Of a DNA stretch of 64,000 nt, positions 54,010-63,782 are shown piece by piece. The stretch lies in assembly GCA_963735805.1 (NCBI GenBank), contig CAVTMK010000002.1:1600001-1664000 (forward strand), in the 5' to 3' direction. The first letter of the stretch is position 1. Each line of letters opens with the position of its first letter. The notes under the pieces are model-generated. The model searched no databases. It saw only the letters and a list, made by a program, of their open reading frames with translations, and was not told the origin of the DNA. Position numbers and translations under genes: made by a program. The DNA comes from an uncultured Verrucomicrobiae bacterium (GTDB lineage Bacteria > Verrucomicrobiota > Verrucomicrobiia > Chthoniobacterales > UBA10450).

Positions 54010-54075
54010 GGGTTTAAACTTTTCCGACCGGAAGGCGCTACATTTCAGTTAGGTCTGTAGCGCTGGTAATCCGTG

Positions 54076-55059
54076 TCACTGGAACAGGACGCCCTTGATA
54101 AGCTTCGGAATAACAGGAGTGATCGACACCTGCACGTTCCACTCCTGTCCGGAGATCCGTGGATGCACAGGCATATACTGCACCGCGAGCTGAATTTTGA
54201 CGGGCAGACGCCCGAACTTTACGACCTTGGCCAGACCCAGCCCGACGGGAACAGTCCAGACATCCTCAGATGGCGCGGTCCAGTCCGCAAGGATATTCCC
54301 CGAATAACCGATGCTCCAGCCCTCGCCGAAGAAAACGGTGGCAATAGGCTGCAGGTTCATCTGGTTCGTATCGGGCCGGAAGTGCTCGCCGCCGATAGAC
54401 CACCATTGCTGGGGAAACACGCCAATGAAAAACTGTTTCGTGAGGTAACCCACCACGACACTGGGTCCAAGCTGCCACTTGCCCTGGCCGGTGAACACCG
54501 AGGTCGCGGTCGGGAAGATGGCGGTAGGACCCGCTCCGAGAATCCAGTTGCCAGAGTGCGCAGGTGACAGCAACTCCAGCAGAGTCAAATCGCCCAGCCC
54601 AGCGTCCCGCGCGAATTCGCCAGGGGACGTCTCGTGCGGGACGATATTGTAGAAGGGCATCACCGGCCGCGTGATCAGGTTCCAGTCTTTGGTCAGGCTC
54701 ACAGGCATGACCGGCTGGAAATTCCAGTTGTTGCTCCATTGGCCGTTGTTCAGCTCGAAGTTATTGAACTGATTCGCGATGGACCAGATGCTGCTCACCG
54801 GGTTCGTCAGCTCCCGGTTCAGATCGCTTGCCGATTCTTCTTTATTAGAGGATTCGGTAACCGCGCCAAAGCTTAAATTCTGATTTAATCGAAAGGGCGA
54901 TAAGTTAAGCTCAGCGTCCTCGCCAAGAGCGGCAGGTTCGCCCTTCATGTTACCGTAAGGATCGACTTCCGGAGAATTCGTCGCGCGAACGGCCGGAACT
55001 ACTGAAAAAATTCCCAACGTAAGGACAGTGGCTCGTATAACGAGTGGAGACTGCCTCAT
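54076..55059 (-). CDS. putative outer-membrane beta-barrel protein
   Basis: Signal peptide; LTNPV, FQPVMP..L, GLGD, GQGKW.LGP, WTVPVG; amphipathic strands. Confidence 0.75.
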   Translation of the reverse strand: MRQSPLVIRATVLTLGIFSVVPAVRATNSPEVDPYGNMKGEPAALGEDAELNLSPFRLNQNLSFGAVTESSNKEESASDLNRELTNPVSSIWSIANQFNNFELNNGQWSNNWNFQPVMPVSLTKDWNLITRPVMPFYNIVPHETSPGEFARDAGLGDLTLLELLSPAHSGNWILGAGPTAIFPTATSVFTGQGKWQLGPSVVVGYLTKQFFIGVFPQQWWSIGGEHFRPDTNQMNLQPIATVFFGEGWSIGYSGNILADWTAPSEDVWTVPVGLGLAKVVKFGRLPVKIQLAVQYMPVHPRISGQEWNVQVSITPVIPKLIKGVLFQ

Positions 55060-55090
55060 ATCCTCCCTTTGATCTCTTTAGTTCCAGATA

Positions 55091-55118
55091 AACAAGAACA
55101 GCAGCCAACAGGCTGCTG
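55091..55118 (-). terminator. rho-independent terminator
   Basis: CAGCAGCC-4nt-GGCTGCTG stem followed on the minus strand by TTCTTGTTT. Confidence 0.55.
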
Positions 55119-55141
55119 CCCTCGTTTATTCTGTCATTCTT

Positions 55142-55613
55142 TTACCAATCTCCCATAGCGTTCACGCCCATCGGACCAAATCCACCGAACTGCTGAACTT
55201 CGATGTGGTTGGGTCCGGCAGTCTCAAACGTGGGCATCGAGAGACTGTCCTGCCATCTGCCCCTGACCTTGCTGAGCCGCCGTCTGGCTGGCTGGATGGC
55301 TGGCATACGCCGTCGCGAGCGCCTGTTTATAGGCGTTGAATTGCTTTTGTCTCCCTACGTAGATCTTGTCCTTCGTGGCAGTCGGAAACACGTAATACAA
55401 TTTTCCGTTGTACTTCACGGCTGTGACCCTGCCCTGGGTAAGTCCACTGATCGCCTGTTGCTGCTTGGGGGTGGTGACCGTGATGACCTTAAAACCCGAC
55501 TGAGTGAGCAAGGCCTCTTTCTGGGCCATAACGTCGCCTGTACCGGTGGTCTGACACGCTACCAATAGCGCCAGAACCGTCCCGATACCTGTTAATGTTA
55601 ATAGTTTTTTCAT
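55142..55613 (-). pseudogene. small lipoprotein, paralog A1 (frameshift near 55240)
   Basis: LVAC lipobox; C-terminus PTFETAGPNHIEVQQFGGFGPMG...GDW in another frame matches paralog A2. Confidence 0.7.
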
Positions 55614-55696
55614 ATATGTTTGGGTTGGTTGTTTTTGTTGGTGTTTAACTTTTATAGAAACGAAACGACGAAATTCCAAGCATTAAATGTCGCCAC

Positions 55697-56177
55697 TTAC
55701 CAATCCCCTAAAGAGGCCGTGCCCATCGGACCAAAACCATCGAACTGGTCAATCTCGATGTGATTGGGCCCTGCGGTCTCGTATGTCATTGTAGGCGCTG
55801 GGTTGATCAGCTGCTGACCGTGCTGAGTCTGGCTGGGCCGCTGATGGCTTGCCAGTCCGGCTGAGCGCATTCTTATAGGCGTTGAATTGCGTCTGTCTCC
55901 CGACGTAGATCTTGTCCTTCGTCGCCGTGGGAAAAACATAATATAGTTTCCCGTTGTACTTCACGGCTGAGACCCTGTACTGCGCTAATCCGTTGATAGC
56001 CTGTTGCTGTTTTGGGGTGGTGACCGTTATGACCTTAAAACCGGACTGCGCGAGCAAGAACTCTTTCTTGGAAGCGGCGAGCTCCGCGTGGTTGGTTGTG
56101 GCCGTCTGGCACGCTGCCACTAGTATCAGGACCGCCCCGATGCCGGCGATGCTTGTTACTGTTAATAGTTTTTTCAT
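55697..56177 (-). pseudogene. small lipoprotein, paralog A2 (frameshift near 55860)
   Basis: VAAC lipobox; QSGFKVITVTTPKQQQAI and KYNGKLYYVFPTATKDKIYVGRQ shared with A1; C-terminus ETAGPNHIE...FGPMG...GDW. Confidence 0.7.
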
Positions 56178-56250
56178 GTTCTCTCCTCTAGGTGCTTGTT
56201 GGCGTATGAGTTTATAAAAAATCAGATAACGACATTCCAAGCATTAATTT

Positions 56251-58706
56251 TCATCGTCGCCCGCCACCGCGAAAACCGCCCCCACCAAATCCGCCAAAGC
56301 GGCCAAAACCGGCCGCCGCCGCCCCCAAAGCGATCGCCGCCGAGATCCTCCGCCGCCACCGAAGCGATCAAAGCCGCCGCCCTGAAAGCCCTGGAACCGC
56401 TGGCTCGAAGAGTCACCACGCGACCGGTTCTGAGCCTCGCGGTCCAAATCACCGGATCCACCTCCACCGCCGGACCGATCGAAACCGCTTCCCCCTGAAC
56501 GGTCGACGCCGCCCCCGCTGCCAGCTCGATCATCGCTACTCGCTGCAGACGACCGTTGCTGATAACTCTCGCTCCCTGTCCGTTGCTGGCTATTTTCTGC
56601 TCCTTGCCAGTTAGGCTGAGGCTTATTTACTGAGTTCCAGCTTCCATTGTCGTACTTCTGCCAGCCATTACCTGTGTTCTTGTACACGTTACCATCGTGC
56701 CCGGCGTACATGTTACCGCTGGCAGTTTTACCAACCGCACTGTTCCCCCACTTCGTGCTGGAAGCGGCCACTTTTCCTCCCTGCGAATCAGCGGCGCCTG
56801 CCACGGTTCCATTCGCTGTTGAGTAATGACCCATGGTAGCGCTCTGGTTTCCTCGCGACACATAGGAACTACCCCATTGAGCGTTCGGACTCGAACCTTG
56901 TCTCGTCTGAGCATAGGTGCCGGTGTACGGGTTATATGCCTGTGCTGCGCTTCTGCTGCCATACGGTGTCGAAACCGAAGCCGCCTCGCGCATAAGTGCC
57001 GGTGTAAGGATTGTAACCGGCTCCTCGCGTTGCCGATCCGTACGGTCCATAGGCCGTTTGTTTCCATCCGTAAGCTCCCGTGGCAGAATCATAGTAAGGC
57101 GTTGGATAATGATAACCGTAGCCCCCGTAATACGCGCCACAGTATGTTCCCGGGTAGGGATAGTAAAACCCACCATAACAATATGGTGGCCACCAATAGC
57201 CACTCCCATCGGCAAGAATCGCTCCCGCGGCAGCGCCCAGAATGAATGTGCCTAAATATCCCGCTGTATAGTTCGCTGTAACCGTGCCGTCCGAATTCCC
57301 GGTTTGGGTAACATAGGTCACGTTATAAACTGGCGAGCTGGAGGGAATCGTGTAGATCTCCTGCGGAACGGATGTGCACGTAGTCCATGGCCCTATCGGA
57401 CTAGGCGACATGAACCACACGCCCTGGAGGCAAAGGTAATAGACGTCTCCAGCTTTAATTACTTTATCGGGAGTGTTGGCCGCATATTCCATCGATGTTC
57501 CCTTGATCGGCTCAAACTTCGGATCGCCGGCATACTCAACTTTAACCTTGGCCGCCGCTTCCTTTGAGTTGACCGTCATCGTGGTCGGAACCTGCGCCAG
57601 CAAAACGGCATCTTTTGCTTCCTCGGTCCCGGGAACTGAAGCAAGTATCGCCGAAGCAGGACTGCTCAGCGGAATTTTGGCGAAGTCAGGCGGAAGATCA
57701 GGCGTCGCGTAAGTCCAGGAGCCCTGTTGCAGATCAGCCGTCCGAAACCATCGGCCAGCCGTCAAATAGTAAAATTGTTGTGTCGGCGTAAAGACGAACA
57801 CGACACTGTTTGTGTTCGTCGCGTATTCAAGCTGCGTGTCCGGAATCTGCGCGTAAACGGGCTGACCATCGAAAAGAATGACTTCGGCCGGCTTATCGCT
57901 ATAGAAGACGTCTGGCGTAACTCCTCCCGATTTAGCGGGTGGCGGGATAAATTTTTTGAGCGCGCTCCATTGTTTGTCCTGCGGCACCTTGGACATGTCC
58001 GGCGGCAACTTGCTTCGTGGCCGACCATTGACCCTCAAGGCTACTGTTAGCCAGCCATTGCTGACCAACCGCGAGGTAGTAAGTGGAATTTCCGGAGTCG
58101 AAAAACAATGGCCACTGCGTGTTAACGACGAACTTCAAATTCGTGTTCGGAACTTGCGAAAGAACAGGCTCACCATTCACGCTCAACAAAATCGACGGCC
58201 GGTAACCGACAAAAATCTTGGGCGGATCGTTGTTCAATTGCGCGCCGGCCGGTGCCTCCTTCTTTGGCGTGGACGCGATCAAAGAATGCAAAGAGACTGA
58301 GAAGGTCGATGGAACAAATGTTTTAAACAATTGCTCCATCTTTTCTGCGGTGGCGTTGTCCAGCGAAGGAAAGTACGTGCCTGTAACCTGCGGATTCGTG
58401 ATGACGACAACCTTGGCAACGTTGTCCACGTTCGTGTTTCCCTTCATTTCCACGACACCCACCACTGTCTTTGCCGGTCTTGGGCGTCAGCGAAATCGCC
58501 ATTCGCCAGCTCAGGTCCTGAAAATTCTTCCAATCATCGACCTGCGGTTGATAAATAATGAGCCGGGTACCGTTACTGTATTTCTCGCGCGGCCAGCTTG
58601 AATCGGATCCCGTCGTGGAGTTGGCCGCAGTGGTGTTAATTGGCGAGACAAGGAGTATTCCAATAACGGTCCACCATGGGAGCCAAGAAGCATTGATCAA
58701 TTTCAT
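56251..58706 (-). pseudogene. large secreted protein (family usually labelled carbohydrate-binding V/XII) with YNPYTG repeats and RGG tail; about 5 frameshifts
   Basis: Consecutive fragments in ORFs 58323-58805, 57932-58465, 56932-58068 and 56244-57215: WPR...YQPQ, NNDPPKI, VNT.W.LF, LASVPGT.EA.DA, YNPYTGTYA, YAG.DGNVY; ends GGFRGGGRR*. Confidence 0.8.
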
Positions 58707-58754
58707 AGGAGTCTGGACCAAAATTAGCCTATCGCCCCCTCGGGGCCGTTGGCA

Positions 58755-58772
58755 ATAGGACTTTAGGGCAAT
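58755..58772. promoter_or_regulatory. repeated 18-bp box ATAGGACTTTAGGGCAAT (copy 1)
   Basis: Identical copy at 61612-61629; about 50 bp upstream of a minus-strand start. Confidence 0.6.
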
Positions 58773-58864
58773 AGATAGAGGCAACGTCTCTTCGAAGCCG
58801 CGCACTCATTTCGAATGTTGATTGGTTTTTCAAATTAAACCCGACCCAACTGAGGAAAGCCTGT

Positions 58865-59956
58865 TTATGGGTTCAGTGACCTGATGCTTTCCGCGCCCTT
58901 CATCGAAATCTTGGTGATATCCTTGGCGTCTAGGTTCATTTTCATCAGGTCCACCATTCGAATCTGACTGTTCTCGTAAGTGCGGAAACAGAACCGCTTC
59001 GCCTTGAGATCGCTCGCGCTCGTCCAGATCGTGTAGTCGGCAAGGACGTTTCCGTGCTCGTCCTTCTCATGTTCACGGGCCGCGCCTTTTGGAATGTCGA
59101 ATTGGTTCAGGACGTGGAACGCCTCCAAGACCGCATCATACCCTGTCTTTGGCTTAAAGACGGAGTGACTGAACGCGACGGCGCGAACGAAGCGCGAGGG
59201 CGGTGTGAAGTCTCCCGGCAGCCCGAGCATGCCCGAGCCTTGGCCGGTTGGCAGGAGTTTGACAGGTCCCAGTTGCACCGGAGGAGCGTTGGTCATCGAG
59301 AAGTTCAGATAGTTGCGCAGATTGGTCATGTGCCAATCGAACGTCGGCGAGTTAGTGATCACACCCAGCGAGTTGTCATGGACGTTGAGCTTGCCGCCGA
59401 CATACTCGATCACGATGCTTTTGCCGGAAGCGTCATGCAAAATGTAGTGCGCCTCCGGAGCGAAGCCCCACCCGCCGAACACGACGGCTGGGACGACAAT
59501 ATTGCCTATATTGGCCTTTACTTCCTCGACGCTGGCGAAGTTCTCCAAGATCCACGACCCCACTTCCCACTGTGCGATGGTCTTGCCCGCATCGGCTCCG
59601 GTATAGGGCATGTATCCGGCGGAGGTAGGAAAGTAGAACGTCCCGGCGGCTAGACCTTTTTCGTTCAACCCGTCGAATAGGACCGGTAGCCCCACACCAT
59701 TGGCCCCGACGCTCGCGTACTTCGCTTTCCACTTAAGCCCTTCCTTTCCGTCGGGCGTAGTTCCGGTCCGCGCATAGCCGCGCGGAACCATGATCACGTC
59801 GGAATTAATATCGATGGCAAATTCCATCGTGCGCGCGTGGATGACCGAGCCATCTTCGGCAATGAGTCGGATTCCAGTGCAGCCTTGCGCGGCATTGGCC
59901 AGCAGCGAGCAGATGGCAGCGGCAGTAATGAGTGTCTTTCTGATTTGGTTTTTCAT
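58865..59956 (-). CDS. choloylglycine hydrolase / penicillin V acylase family (C59 Ntn hydrolase), exported
   Basis: Signal peptide then catalytic CTG; ARTMEF, DGLNEKGL, TNSP.FDWH..NL, LPGD.TP.SRFVR. Confidence 0.93.
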   Translation of the reverse strand: MKNQIRKTLITAAAICSLLANAAQGCTGIRLIAEDGSVIHARTMEFAIDINSDVIMVPRGYARTGTTPDGKEGLKWKAKYASVGANGVGLPVLFDGLNEKGLAAGTFYFPTSAGYMPYTGADAGKTIAQWEVGSWILENFASVEEVKANIGNIVVPAVVFGGWGFAPEAHYILHDASGKSIVIEYVGGKLNVHDNSLGVITNSPTFDWHMTNLRNYLNFSMTNAPPVQLGPVKLLPTGQGSGMLGLPGDFTPPSRFVRAVAFSHSVFKPKTGYDAVLEAFHVLNQFDIPKGAAREHEKDEHGNVLADYTIWTSASDLKAKRFCFRTYENSQIRMVDLMKMNLDAKDITKISMKGAESIRSLNP

Positions 59957-60034
59957 TTGGTGGCTCTTCTATATTTGAAGTGAGGAGCTATACGTTCGCC
60001 ACTAACCAGTTCACCGGTCCGACTCCAGTCTTGG

Positions 60035-60313
60035 TCAACGCCGGGATGACCAGTAAGCATCCGCCTCGGCTTCGAGTCGGTCCAAGCGCGTGTAGTAGTC
60101 CGGAAACTCCTTGAGGTGTGCCCAGGCAATCTTGCCCGTCAAATCCATGTCGTTATTGGTGACGTTCGTTTGTAAGTCCCGTGTCCCGTGTTCGAGTTCC
60201 ACTTCCAGACCACGGCGGAACTGGTCGAGATCGACCTTCGCCCAATCGACGCCGAGTTTGCCGCCGACCTGCTTGGCCGCGGTGGCACTTATCCGCTGTT
60301 TTTTGGTTTTCAT
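60035..60313 (-). CDS. DUF5661-like small protein
   Basis: QFRRGL.VELEHG, TGKIA.AHL.EFPDYYTRL. Confidence 0.85.
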   Translation of the reverse strand: MKTKKQRISATAAKQVGGKLGVDWAKVDLDQFRRGLEVELEHGTRDLQTNVTNNDMDLTGKIAWAHLKEFPDYYTRLDRLEAEADAYWSSRR

Positions 60314-60427
60314 GATTCTGTCCTTTTGAACGCTGGTTGGTTTTTCAAATTGAACCCGAGCTATCAGAGCAAACAGAGGACTTGTTGCTTTCCACTTCTG
60401 ACCCATTTGGTGGTATTGAAATCCGGT

Positions 60428-61462
60428 TCATTTGATTTCGGGCGTAAAGATGACCTTCCAATCATTCTTCATGCTGATGACTGTCCAGCCGTTCTTGGTC
60501 GCCTCGTCATAGAGCGCCTGCGTGAATGTGCCGACCTTTGTGTCGGGCAACCCATCAGCGGGACCGTACGCATACTCCCGCTCTGCATCGTCGTGCAACA
60601 CGAGCAACGAAAGCCGCGCGCCGTCGCCCGCCTTGGTATATTCGAGCATCTGCTGGTCGCCGGTCGAGTTGCCGAAGGCGATGTGTGGGCGGCGGCCGAT
60701 CATAAGATGGATGCCTTCGGGCTTGCCGGCATCGTTGTCATTGAGCACCAGCTTCGGTTCCTTCGTGAGGAAGGGCTTACCATCCTTTTCATAGCCATAC
60801 TTGGTCCCGAGCGCTGTGCCGACGACCTGCTCGGGCGGAACGCCGTACGTCTGCTCCGCGTACACGCGCACGAAGTCCTGTCCGCCGCCAGTGACGATAT
60901 AGGTCTTGTAACCGTTAGCACGCAAGTATTGCATGACTTCTTTCATCGGCTGATACGTCAGCTCGGTATAAGGACGTTTCCAACGCGGATCTTTTGCTTG
61001 GGCGAGCCACTTTTTCACTTCGGCGGTGAATTCTTCCACGGAGATGCCGGTCAGCGTGGCAATGGCTATCTTCTCGAGATCGGGCAATGTCAGCTTCTCC
61101 ATCGCCGTGCGATCGCCGTGAAGCAGTTCCAAAACGGTGTTGAACGGCGCGACGTTCGCCAGTTCGGGCTTCGCCTTGACCAGAGCCGGAACTTTTTCCA
61201 GGCAATACATTACCTGGGTATAGATTGGATGCTCGACCCACAGCGTGCCGTCCTGATCAAACGTGGCGATGCGCTCCTCGACCGGTACGAATTGAGGACT
61301 GCCTTGGGTTGTAGTCGCCTTGACGAATTCTACGATGGCTTGTTTGGCCGCGCCGTCGTTCCACGAAGCCAACGGGTCGACGGCCTGCGCCTTGGTCGCT
61401 ATGAGCACGACCATGTAGGCGAGTGCAATCGTTACGAGGTTTTTTTTGTACGTGGTTTTCAT
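60428..61462 (-). CDS. exported HAD-family hydrolase
   Basis: Signal peptide; PL.SWNDG, TFDQDGTLW, YIVTGGG, FGNS.GD, SMKNDW. Confidence 0.92.
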   Translation of the reverse strand: MKTTYKKNLVTIALAYMVVLIATKAQAVDPLASWNDGAAKQAIVEFVKATTTQGSPQFVPVEERIATFDQDGTLWVEHPIYTQVMYCLEKVPALVKAKPELANVAPFNTVLELLHGDRTAMEKLTLPDLEKIAIATLTGISVEEFTAEVKKWLAQAKDPRWKRPYTELTYQPMKEVMQYLRANGYKTYIVTGGGQDFVRVYAEQTYGVPPEQVVGTALGTKYGYEKDGKPFLTKEPKLVLNDNDAGKPEGIHLMIGRRPHIAFGNSTGDQQMLEYTKAGDGARLSLLVLHDDAEREYAYGPADGLPDTKVGTFTQALYDEATKNGWTVISMKNDWKVIFTPEIK

Positions 61463-61611
61463 AGCTTTATTTGGTTTTGATTTTTGTGGATTGCTAATTG
61501 TTTTTCTCGTTTGGTTCGTTTGATTCACCTCGCGCCGGTGAGGCATCACGTGCTCGTCGGTGGGTTGCGCTGATCTCGGTGCAATTTTGCGCTGCCTGCT
61601 GTGAAACCTCC

Positions 61612-61629
61612 ATAGGACTTTAGGGCAAT
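61612..61629. promoter_or_regulatory. repeated 18-bp box ATAGGACTTTAGGGCAAT (copy 2)
   Basis: Identical to 58755-58772; upstream of the HAD gene. Confidence 0.6.
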
Positions 61630-61904
61630 GCCAGGTGTAGTCTCCCCGGTGCTTTTCCAGCATCACGCTCCAAAAGAAAACGACCAAAGAAATGGCCAGA
61701 TCATCCGCCGAGCTGCGTGTGGTCGTCATGATTAGCGTCGTCACTTTAAGCGGCCGCCGTTAATACCTGACTCCCCCGTCTTTTGCCGGGATCCGGCCAG
61801 TCAATGCTCTTCCCAGTTGCTCGAATCCAGCTTGGCGGTTGTTAGGGCCGACAGGAACGGCGTCCCGACGTGGCTAGGCTAGCTGTTTTTGACGTTGGTT
61901 CGGC

Positions 61905-62306
61905 TCAACGAAATGGGTCACGGCCCCCGCCCCATTGGTTCTCCCAACTCCGGGCGAAGGGGTGATTCATCTCCTCTTCCGGTGCCTGCGCAACGTGTTG
62001 CTGTGTGCAGAGCTGTTGATACCGTTGATGTGCAGATTCTCCGCCGATATAAGCCACGCCGGCTTTCTCGTCTTTAAAGACGTAGAACCCTTTGCCGTTC
62101 AGTGTGGCGTGGTCGAGTTTGTTGCTCGGAAGTGCGGCGTAGAGCTCCTTTTGTTTTGCCGTCTGCGGAGTGTGCGCACGGAAGCCGGCTTGGGAGAGCA
62201 ACGATGGGGTGTTTTCTGTTTGCATGCTGGCGCAGCCGGCAAAGAAAATAATGCCGCAGGCGGTCACGATGAGAATCAGGCTCAAGTTAGTTATTCTGGT
62301 TTTCAT
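61905..62306 (-). CDS. small lipoprotein, paralog B1
   Basis: FAGC lipobox; LLSQAGF...TPQT, YVFKDEKAG..YIG; near-duplicate of 62565-62960. Confidence 0.8.
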   Translation of the reverse strand: MKTRITNLSLILIVTACGIIFFAGCASMQTENTPSLLSQAGFRAHTPQTAKQKELYAALPSNKLDHATLNGKGFYVFKDEKAGVAYIGGESAHQRYQQLCTQQHVAQAPEEEMNHPFARSWENQWGGGRDPFR

Positions 62307-62564
62307 GGTTTTGTTGCGTGTTGATTGGCTGCGACTCGTAAGTAGAAAACGCGGCGACCGCTAGCGTCAATATTTCTTTCGTCTGTCACGAAAATGTAAC
62401 AATCGCGCGCGGACTGAGCGGAGATGAAAAGCATCCCCAAGGTCTAACGAGATTGACTGCCTAATCCGTTTCGGCCTAGTCTTCGCCGGTCGATAAAAGT
62501 TTTGCTGCCGCCCCGAAATGGCTTGCGGCTGGCGCATCTCCCAGAATTTCAACATTAGGAGCGG

Positions 62565-62960
62565 TCACCCACTGTAATCGTGGTGCAATTCCCTGGCCCA
62601 ACTCCGGGTGAAGAAATCATTCATCTGCTCTTCCGGTGCCTGCGCGACATGCTGCTCCGTACAGAGCTGCTGATACCGTCGATGTTCCGGTTCTCCGCCC
62701 ACATATTCCACGCCGGCTTTCTCGTCTTTAAAGACGTAGAAGACTTTGCCCTTCGTTGTGCCACGCTCGAGTTTGTTACTTGGAAGCGCTGCATAGAGCT
62801 CCTTTTCCTTTGTCGTCTGCGGAGTGCGCGCACGGAAGCCGGCTTGGGAAAGTAACGATGTGGTCTTATTTGTTTCCATGCTGGCGCAACCGGCAAAGAA
62901 AATGATGCCGCAGCCGGCCACGATGAGAATCAGGCTCAAGTTAGTTATTCTGGTTTTCAT
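62565..62960 (-). CDS. small lipoprotein, paralog B2
   Basis: FAGC lipobox; MKTRITNLSLILIV start identical to B1. Confidence 0.8.
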   Translation of the reverse strand: MKTRITNLSLILIVAGCGIIFFAGCASMETNKTTSLLSQAGFRARTPQTTKEKELYAALPSNKLERGTTKGKVFYVFKDEKAGVEYVGGEPEHRRYQQLCTEQHVAQAPEEQMNDFFTRSWARELHHDYSG

Positions 62961-63132
62961 GGTTCGTTGCGTACTCGATAAAAGTTTTGCTGCAAACTAT
63001 GCGGATCCCTGAAACGCGGCTCAACAATCCACTCCGTTTTCATTGTTCTTAATGTTCTTGTTTATCGGTTTCTCAAACTTTCTGAAAGCCGTTTTTTAAA
63101 ACTATATCTTTGTAGAGGTCGTAATTGGTCGT

Positions 63133-63633
63133 TTACACTTCCGACGCAGGCATCGAACCGAAGAATATTTTCATCACCTTTTCCCTTCCCATGACGCGCA
63201 CCAGCTCGTGCATCGTGCAATACATGGCAATGAGGACGAACAGAATAATCTGGATAGCCCAGAAATGCGGCCAGATGATTTCACCCAGCAACTTCTTATT
63301 GCCCGCAACAAAGCCGCCAGTTTGCCGCCAGAAATCAATAAGGCGCTCCACATAGTGAATAAGCGTGGCCATTAGCCAGTAGATCAAAGTCTTCCAGGCG
63401 ACGTTGTAGATGAGCGGTTTATTGGGAAAGCGATTGATCATCGGCACCATGTCCGCGATTAGCACTGCCTTGCCCAGAATGAGTGAGGCGACGGCAATTG
63501 AAATTGTAGAGGATGGCTTCAGCCCGGTTCTCTCCAACATCAATATGCGAACGATCATGACAATATGCAGCGCGACGAAAAAGAAGATTGTCGGCGGCAG
63601 GATCTTGAAGAACTCTTCTTTTAGTTTGGCCAT
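63133..63633 (-). CDS. hypothetical membrane protein
   Basis: LPPTIFFF, LILGKAVLIAD, RFP.KPLIYN..WKT; 4 TM helices. Confidence 0.8.
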   Translation of the reverse strand: MAKLKEEFFKILPPTIFFFVALHIVMIVRILMLERTGLKPSSTISIAVASLILGKAVLIADMVPMINRFPNKPLIYNVAWKTLIYWLMATLIHYVERLIDFWRQTGGFVAGNKKLLGEIIWPHFWAIQIILFVLIAMYCTMHELVRVMGREKVMKIFFGSMPASEV

Positions 63634-63782
63634 TTTGAAGTCATTTCCTTTCGACTGATGACGGCCAGCGACGTCCGGGGAACGCCCGCGGAAACATCGA
63701 AGCACCGATCGCCGGACTGATCAGCGACACCGTGATCATGGCTTGAAGTTGGTTGTGCATGTCTGTTTGGGGCGATCGATTC

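Noticed and set aside
60188..61480. 430-aa + strand ORF
   Set aside because: Antisense shadow of the HAD hydrolase, with no recognisable motifs
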